Positions 58,703 through 64,000 of a DNA stretch of 64,000 nt are shown here, piece by piece (position 1 is the first letter of the stretch; every line of letters begins with the position of its first letter). Under the pieces are notes generated by a model. The model did no database searches, was not told where the DNA came from, and was given only the letters and a program-made list of their open reading frames with translations. The position numbers were made by a program, and so were the translations under genes. Source of the stretch: an uncultured Cryomorphaceae bacterium. Lineage in GTDB: Bacteria > Bacteroidota > Bacteroidia > Flavobacteriales_D > Cryomorphaceae. Location: positions 30,935-94,934 of the forward strand of contig CALOFA010000016.1 in the NCBI GenBank assembly GCA_942492545.1. The letters run 5' to 3'.

Positions 58703-59860
58703 TCACTGACCTTCGAAGTGGCGATCCTTTTTTAATTGAGCTACCCGACTTTCAGCATAAGTCTTTTCAGGGCTTTGAAGAGTGTCCTCCTGAGCTATAA
58801 ACGTCTCAAACATTTCCAATGTCGGTTTTGAGTCTTGGTAATACACATCATAGCTTTTTGCCAAATGAAAATTGAGAATGTTTCTCGCAGAAAAATGCTT
58901 TGCCATAAGAAAGGACTCGATAGCCTCTTTATGATTTCCGCTTGCTTGCTGCATAAGTCCTAGCCTTTCGTAATATGTACCAAGGTTGCCGGAGAGGGCT
59001 TTGTTTAATGCCTGTCCATACTGCACCGTAGCCATATCGGTTTGTCCGAGTTTCTCCATGCACAAGCCCATGTAGTAATGCGGATAGTCAAGCTCGTTGA
59101 CACTATTTGAAAGTAACCTAAGGATATCAATCGCTTCTTGATATCTCCCCAATTGATAGAGTGATATTCCTTGATAGCGCATCGCCATAAGCGGAGGGTT
59201 ATCGATCATCAGAGGATCCAGCCATTCTATTGCACCTTCCCAGTTCTCTGAATCAAAGGCAAGTTTGGCTTTGGTGAGTCTGCTAAACCGGTTTGAGGGG
59301 TCTAGTTCCAAAGCACGACTTAAAATACTGTCGGCATCACTGTACTGTTTGAAATCCACTAGCAGCTTGGCAAACCCCGTAATCGTTATTAAATCCAGAC
59401 TGTCATTTTGGTAAGCCAAGGAATAATAAGCCAAAGCTTTATCCAATTTCTGCGACTGAACGGCACTTTCAGCAGCTTCTCGGTAGAAATAGGCATTGGT
59501 GGGGTTGATGAAAATAAGCTGCTCGTAAAGTTCCAGAGCATCACCATTCGAAGCTTTTAAGAGTTCTGCCGATGCCAGCAAGGAGGGCACGTGGGTGCTG
59601 TCTATCTCCAGCGCTTTGTTTAGATTTTTGATCGCATCTTTTTTTCGTCCTTTTTTTACCAAGGCTTTCGCGGTCAAATAGTATGCATTGATGTTCTCAC
59701 TTTCGTTCAACTTCCATTTTTCTCCAATGACTATGGCGGTTTGGATTTGCCCGTTTTCCATGGCAGAACTGAACTGACGGTAAAAGTCTGAATCGTTATC
59801 CTGTGCAAGGAGCGAGATGACAATAAGGAGGAACGAAAAAAGAGTGAGTGTTTTTTTCAT
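58703..59860 (-). CDS. Secreted tetratricopeptide-repeat protein.
   Basis: Signal peptide plus multiple TPR motifs. Confidence 0.55.
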   Translation of the reverse strand: MKKTLTLFSFLLIVISLLAQDNDSDFYRQFSSAMENGQIQTAIVIGEKWKLNESENINAYYLTAKALVKKGRKKDAIKNLNKALEIDSTHVPSLLASAELLKASNGDALELYEQLIFINPTNAYFYREAAESAVQSQKLDKALAYYSLAYQNDSLDLITITGFAKLLVDFKQYSDADSILSRALELDPSNRFSRLTKAKLAFDSENWEGAIEWLDPLMIDNPPLMAMRYQGISLYQLGRYQEAIDILRLLSNSVNELDYPHYYMGLCMEKLGQTDMATVQYGQALNKALSGNLGTYYERLGLMQQASGNHKEAIESFLMAKHFSARNILNFHLAKSYDVYYQDSKPTLEMFETFIAQEDTLQSPEKTYAESRVAQLKKDRHFEGQ

Positions 59861-59934
59861 ACCCCGAATATAAGAGAGTCGGGGCAGATCAACTAATTAT
59901 TTAGTTGAAAGATAAGTTCAATTTTTTAGGCTTC

Positions 59935-60426
59935 TCAGATGGCTGCAGCCAAAGCAGAAATTCGAAACCAATACGCTTTTCCTTGCTGAAGACCTCTTAC
60001 GGTAAAGGAAGTTGAGCGAGTTTTGCTATAAACTCGCCAATCCGGTTTATTGGTCTCTTCGAAATTTGCGTACTCAATTACGAAAAGTGAATTCGGGTCG
60101 TGGTAGTTCCATTCGAGGTGAATGGGTAAAATGCTATTCGCAGTAGCAACTTGTAAACCAATCGGACGCATGGGCGCATTTTCAGCTGAGAAACCTTTTT
60201 CCATTCCTTTCAAGACAAAAACCAAGTCTATGAAGCATTCCAGCAGCAATCCGGGTTTTCCCTTGTCAGCTGAAAACAATACGTTTTCCAATCGCTCAAC
60301 AGACCATTTTAGCTCTTCGAGTCGGCCCTTCTTTTGAAGAAGGTTTTCTCTTGCCTCTCTCAAGGCAGAAATACATCTGACTTGCAGAGATTGTTCGTTT
60401 TTTCGGATTGCGTATTGTTCGCTCAT
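59935..60426 (-). CDS. Hypothetical protein with FN3-like C-terminal region.
   Basis: Weak; the C-terminal W/Y pattern resembles FN3. Confidence 0.3.
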   Translation of the reverse strand: MSEQYAIRKNEQSLQVRCISALREARENLLQKKGRLEELKWSVERLENVLFSADKGKPGLLLECFIDLVFVLKGMEKGFSAENAPMRPIGLQVATANSILPIHLEWNYHDPNSLFVIEYANFEETNKPDWRVYSKTRSTSFTVRGLQQGKAYWFRISALAAAI

Positions 60427-60704
60427 TTCTTGGTTGTTCCTTGTGCGATACGATGGTTGTACTTTTTTGTTACACCGGCTCTTGGCTTTGGTTAATTATC
60501 AATTTATGCCTTGGTAACGCAAACGGGTTTTTACAGGTTGGTTATTATTTCTTCGAGTTTTAAATCGTTTTTCTCTACACCTTAAATTCCAGTTGAATAT
60601 AAGGTGCTTTTTGCTCTAAGTAGACTAAAGTTTTAGCCTAATATGGGATTCTAAAATGCCGAGATTTTGAATCAAACCGTCAATGAGAAAAACGAATTTT
60701 GATT

Positions 60705-61303
60705 CTATTCAGTCTTTGAAAAGGCTTTTTTAACATGTGTCCAAGCCTCAGAAATCTCTCCTTTGAAGTTCGTCCATCCCTCTTCCGTCTCTTGGCTTAT
60801 TTCTCCAAGTTTTGATTCCAAGTTACGGATGGATTTGTTCAAATCTTCTTTCTTCTCCTTCCATTCATCTGAAGCATCCGCAGCGCCGAGAGAGATTTGC
60901 AGCCTCAAAAGGTCGAATCGGGTATGCCATTCATCGAATTTCGAATCTGCTTTTGCAGCTATTTCACGAACGTTTTTCTTTGAATCGCCCATTAATTTTA
61001 TAGAAGCTTCATTCGCGTCCTTAATCAATGAGGTAAGCTTTTTCTTTGCTCTTGTAAGGCCTCTTTGGTCTCAGCCTTGCCAAGTGCAGCTTGCACTTCA
61101 AGCTCCTCAAGCTTTTTGCGCATTTCCGTTGAAGCAATTGAAGCTTCACTTTCCAGAGAAGATCTGGTTTCTTTTGACCAGTTGAGTATTTCTTTTTTCT
61201 GTTCTTCGAATTTGTCGCTTAGGTCTTTTGAGCCTAGGTGCAACTGCACACGAAGTTCATCAGCTGTAGCCCTCCAGCGATTGATAAAATTCTCTTTGTC
61301 CAT
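60705..61303 (-). CDS. Hypothetical helical-repeat protein. It is either two tandem paralogous small ORFs or one gene split at the T5 run at 61038-61042 (A5 on the coding strand).
   Basis: Both halves share a repeat (…DELRVQLHLGSKDLSDKFEEQKK… / …RFDLLRLQISLGAADASDEWKEKK…). Inserting one A makes them continuous. Confidence 0.3.
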
Positions 61304-61516
61304 TTGAGTAAGTTTTGGTTGCTGTAAATGTATACAATTATAACTGACTTTAAAGCCGTTATCTGAGATTTTCTTTAATGCTCTGAAAGGCTCTTATTTC
61401 AAAGGGATACAACTAGATAACCGGAACACTCATACCAAAGAAATTTCCAAAAAGAAACGGCGGGCCCTCTTGGGTAAGGCTGCCATTCCTTCACTTTCCG
61501 AAAATCAAAATATACG

Positions 61517-63097
61517 TTAATAAAGAACCGCTGCTTGAGCATTTATCTTTCCCCATCCAAAATCACCATTTCGAGCAGGATAGAAGTTCGATGCGTTTTT
61601 CAAAGCTTCCAATACATCTTCTCTTGATTGAGACAAATCATTGGACCAAACCAAAGCAGCTATTCCTGCAGCAGTAGCCGTTGCTACTGAAGAACCTCCC
61701 GTATAGTTCGGGTCGTTGCCCGAATCTGCAAGGGTCAAAGGTGTCCTGTTTGAATTGTTGCGATCTTCCATGGTTACCACGAAATCTACCTGAGAACCAC
61801 TATGGCAAGTCGTGCACTTTTCCATGGGAAAACCTGTCTTCGTTCCGGTTACGGCTATCGTATTGGCAAGGGTCGCAGGAAAAATCACTCCGACGAACGT
61901 GGTGAACTCAAATGAGGTTCCCGCTGCCGTGAAGATCATTTTACCCTGATTGTAAGCAAAGTTGATCGCATCTGTAATTTGACCACTTGAAAACAGATTG
62001 CCCATTGACATGGAAATGATGTCTACATCAGCTCTATTTCCCAAAAAGGTAAATGCATCGGATACTCCGTCTTGTTCGGCACTCGAATCGTGAACGACAT
62101 CTTCGGCAGCACGGATTCCAATCAGATTACTCTGAAAAGCCACGCCCGCAAATGATCCATCGCTACTGGCCGGTCCTGCTGCTGTACCTGCCATACTCGT
62201 TCCATGTCCGCATAGGTCGTCAATTCCGTCATTTTCACAGAAAATAAATAAGAAACAAGGATCGTGAAATCCATAGCGCTCTACGGTTCGACTTCCTGAA
62301 AGTCCACCCGAAAACTCGCTGTTCAACTTTGCTTGATCAGAGGATATTCCCGTATCGATAATACCCATTGTTATGCCGTTTCCACGGCTACTCGTTTTCC
62401 AAGCCTTGTGAATCTTCATGTCAATGAAGTTCCAGCTTACTCTGGGCCCTTGGGGTGCTGTAAAATAATCCGCGGGACTGGGATTGGCTATGCCTGAATT
62501 TCCTCCGCAGCCGCTGTCGGATCTGTAAGGTCCCTGCTGCTCAAATGTAAATCCCATCGGCTCAGCGTAACGCACTACGCTGAAGTTACGTAGGTTGGCC
62601 AAGATTTCGTAATCCCATATTCTTATGTTGAAATAGGGCAGTGGCTTATCGCCAAAAACCAGTAAATCTTCTGCTTCCACAGGCAGTGTCGGATACTTGC
62701 GTTTGGTCTCCGAAACCACATAATTGATCAAACTATTCTTGGTGTTTTTCCATTCGGGCGACTCTACATCTATTTGGTGAATGCTTTGATCCAAGTTTGT
62801 GTAGCCATCGGGCTGATAACCCACTGAGATCACACTATCAGATGAGAGAGCCGTGCTCCACACGGTGAAATCGTCATAATTCGACCAAGAAACAACACCA
62901 TAACGCTCCAGATGGGAAGAGAATTCTTCAACCAATTCTGAGTAACTCAAAGGTTCTCGGTCATTTAAAGGTTCAATGGAATTGATAAGAATCAACTCTG
63001 TATCAGGAATTGTTGAACCAGTTGGTGTGCTGTCCTTTTCTTTTTGGCACGAAAGCAAAGCAATGGTAAGGAGGGTGAATGTGAAATAGCGTAAGCG
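61517..63097 (-). CDS. Subtilisin-like serine peptidase (S8), lipoprotein. The probable start is the internal MRLRYFTFTLLTIALLSC.
   Basis: Catalytic triad blocks GIIDTGI, CGHGTSMAG and GGSSVATATAAG. Confidence 0.8.
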   Translation of the reverse strand, partial: RLRYFTFTLLTIALLSCQKEKDSTPTGSTIPDTELILINSIEPLNDREPLSYSELVEEFSSHLERYGVVSWSNYDDFTVWSTALSSDSVISVGYQPDGYTNLDQSIHQIDVESPEWKNTKNSLINYVVSETKRKYPTLPVEAEDLLVFGDKPLPYFNIRIWDYEILANLRNFSVVRYAEPMGFTFEQQGPYRSDSGCGGNSGIANPSPADYFTAPQGPRVSWNFIDMKIHKAWKTSSRGNGITMGIIDTGISSDQAKLNSEFSGGLSGSRTVERYGFHDPCFLFIFCENDGIDDLCGHGTSMAGTAAGPASSDGSFAGVAFQSNLIGIRAAEDVVHDSSAEQDGVSDAFTFLGNRADVDIISMSMGNLFSSGQITDAINFAYNQGKMIFTAAGTSFEFTTFVGVIFPATLANTIAVTGTKTGFPMEKCTTCHSGSQVDFVVTMEDRNNSNRTPLTLADSGNDPNYTGGSSVATATAAGIAALVWSNDLSQSREDVLEALKNASNFYPARNGDFGWGKINAQAAVLY

Positions 63098-63222
63098 CAT
63101 GGTTAAAATTATTTGGTTGTGTGCAAGTTCAACATTCTCTGCGAAAAAAGAAAGAACCATTTACAAACCACCTTAGTAGCATCATGGAAGTTTTATATTT
63201 GCACTCCTTTAAAAATCAAACC

Positions 63223-64000
63223 ATGAAAAGAAATCTTTCACATCTACTCATTGCTTTCTTTGCTGTCGGCATTATGACTGCTTGTCAAAATGACGGTGGT
63301 GAAAAACAAACGGATCAAACTTCAGAAAACGTTTCTGAAGAAAGCGAAGACGACTTCAAAACCTTGACGGAGCAATTCGCAGACATTAAAATTCTGCGTT
63401 ATCAGATTCCTGCTTGGGATGAACTTACTTTACAACAGAAAGAGTTGACCTACTACCTAACCCAAGCCGGGACTGCAGGAAGGGATATGATGTACGATCA
63501 AAATTACCGCCATAACCTTACCATCCGTAGAACGCTGGAAGATATTTACAGAAACTACGATGGAGACAAGTCGACCGATAATTGGAAAGCATTCGAGACC
63601 TACTTGAAACGCATCTGGTTTTCAAATGGAATCCATCACCATTACTCCTACGAGAAATTCACACCCGAATTTGATCGTGTTTACTTGGAAACCTTACTTG
63701 CTGAAACGGGGTCAGAGTTGAGCGATGAAGTGATGACCGTGATTTTCGATCCAACGGTAGATTCTAAGAAAGTGAGCAAAGACCCGAATAAAGACCTTGT
63801 ATTAGCGAGCGCCGTAAATTTTTACGATCCTACGCTTACCGAGGCGGACGTGAATGCTTTCTACGAAGTGAAGAAGAAAGACAAAGACCCCAAACGTCCT
63901 ATTTCTTATGGATTGAACTCAAAGCTCGTGAAAGAGAACGGACAAGTAATGGAGAAAACCTGGAAAGTCGGAGGAATGTACGGACCTGCTTTGGAGAAAG
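63223..64000 (+). CDS. Dipeptidyl-peptidase III (M49 family) lipoprotein, 5' partial (runs off the window end).
   Basis: N-terminus closely parallels Bacteroides DPP III as recalled from memory (ILRYQIPAWDELTLQQKELTYYLTQAG…RHNLTIRRTLE…WFSNGIHHHY). Lipobox MTAC. Confidence 0.6.
   Translation, partial: MKRNLSHLLIAFFAVGIMTACQNDGGEKQTDQTSENVSEESEDDFKTLTEQFADIKILRYQIPAWDELTLQQKELTYYLTQAGTAGRDMMYDQNYRHNLTIRRTLEDIYRNYDGDKSTDNWKAFETYLKRIWFSNGIHHHYSYEKFTPEFDRVYLETLLAETGSELSDEVMTVIFDPTVDSKKVSKDPNKDLVLASAVNFYDPTLTEADVNAFYEVKKKDKDPKRPISYGLNSKLVKENGQVMEKTWKVGGMYGPALEK

Overview
This window is a chromosomal segment from a Bacteroidota genome, probably a gliding Cytophagia- or Flavobacteriia-like organism. 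Support: several proteins carry type-A C-terminal sorting domains of the type IX secretion system (T9SS), one carries a CHU_C / type-B sorting domain, many have SpII-type lipoprotein signals, and a Bacteroidetes -33 TTG / -7 TAnnTTTG promoter sits in front of a tRNA. Content is mostly housekeeping and envelope genes: acetyl-CoA synthetase, PEP carboxylase, NADH dehydrogenase type 2 (NDH-2), MiaA, BshA, acyl-ACP desaturase, a MATE exporter, a MscS channel, an AI-2E transporter, an SbtA-like permease, and M16, S9, S8 and M49 peptidases. There are two ECF sigma/anti-sigma modules, a ParD/ParE toxin-antitoxin pair, an NfeD-flotillin operon, and one tRNA-Leu(GAG) with promoter and terminator. No CRISPR array, integrase, transposase or prophage gene was found. 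At least 13 genes are split by +/-1 frameshifts, nearly all at short homopolymer runs. The most unusual locus lies at 24113-25755: a Pmp3 gene below the ORF-track cutoff, then four tandem copies of a 20-bp palindromic operator with exact 28-bp periodicity, then an overlapping two-gene cassette (SatD-like protein with a putative C-terminal HTH, plus a DUF3307 membrane protein). The two anti-sigma factors are also unusual: each pairs an N-terminal cytoplasmic/TM module with a long low-complexity linker and a C-terminal domain associated with the outer membrane.
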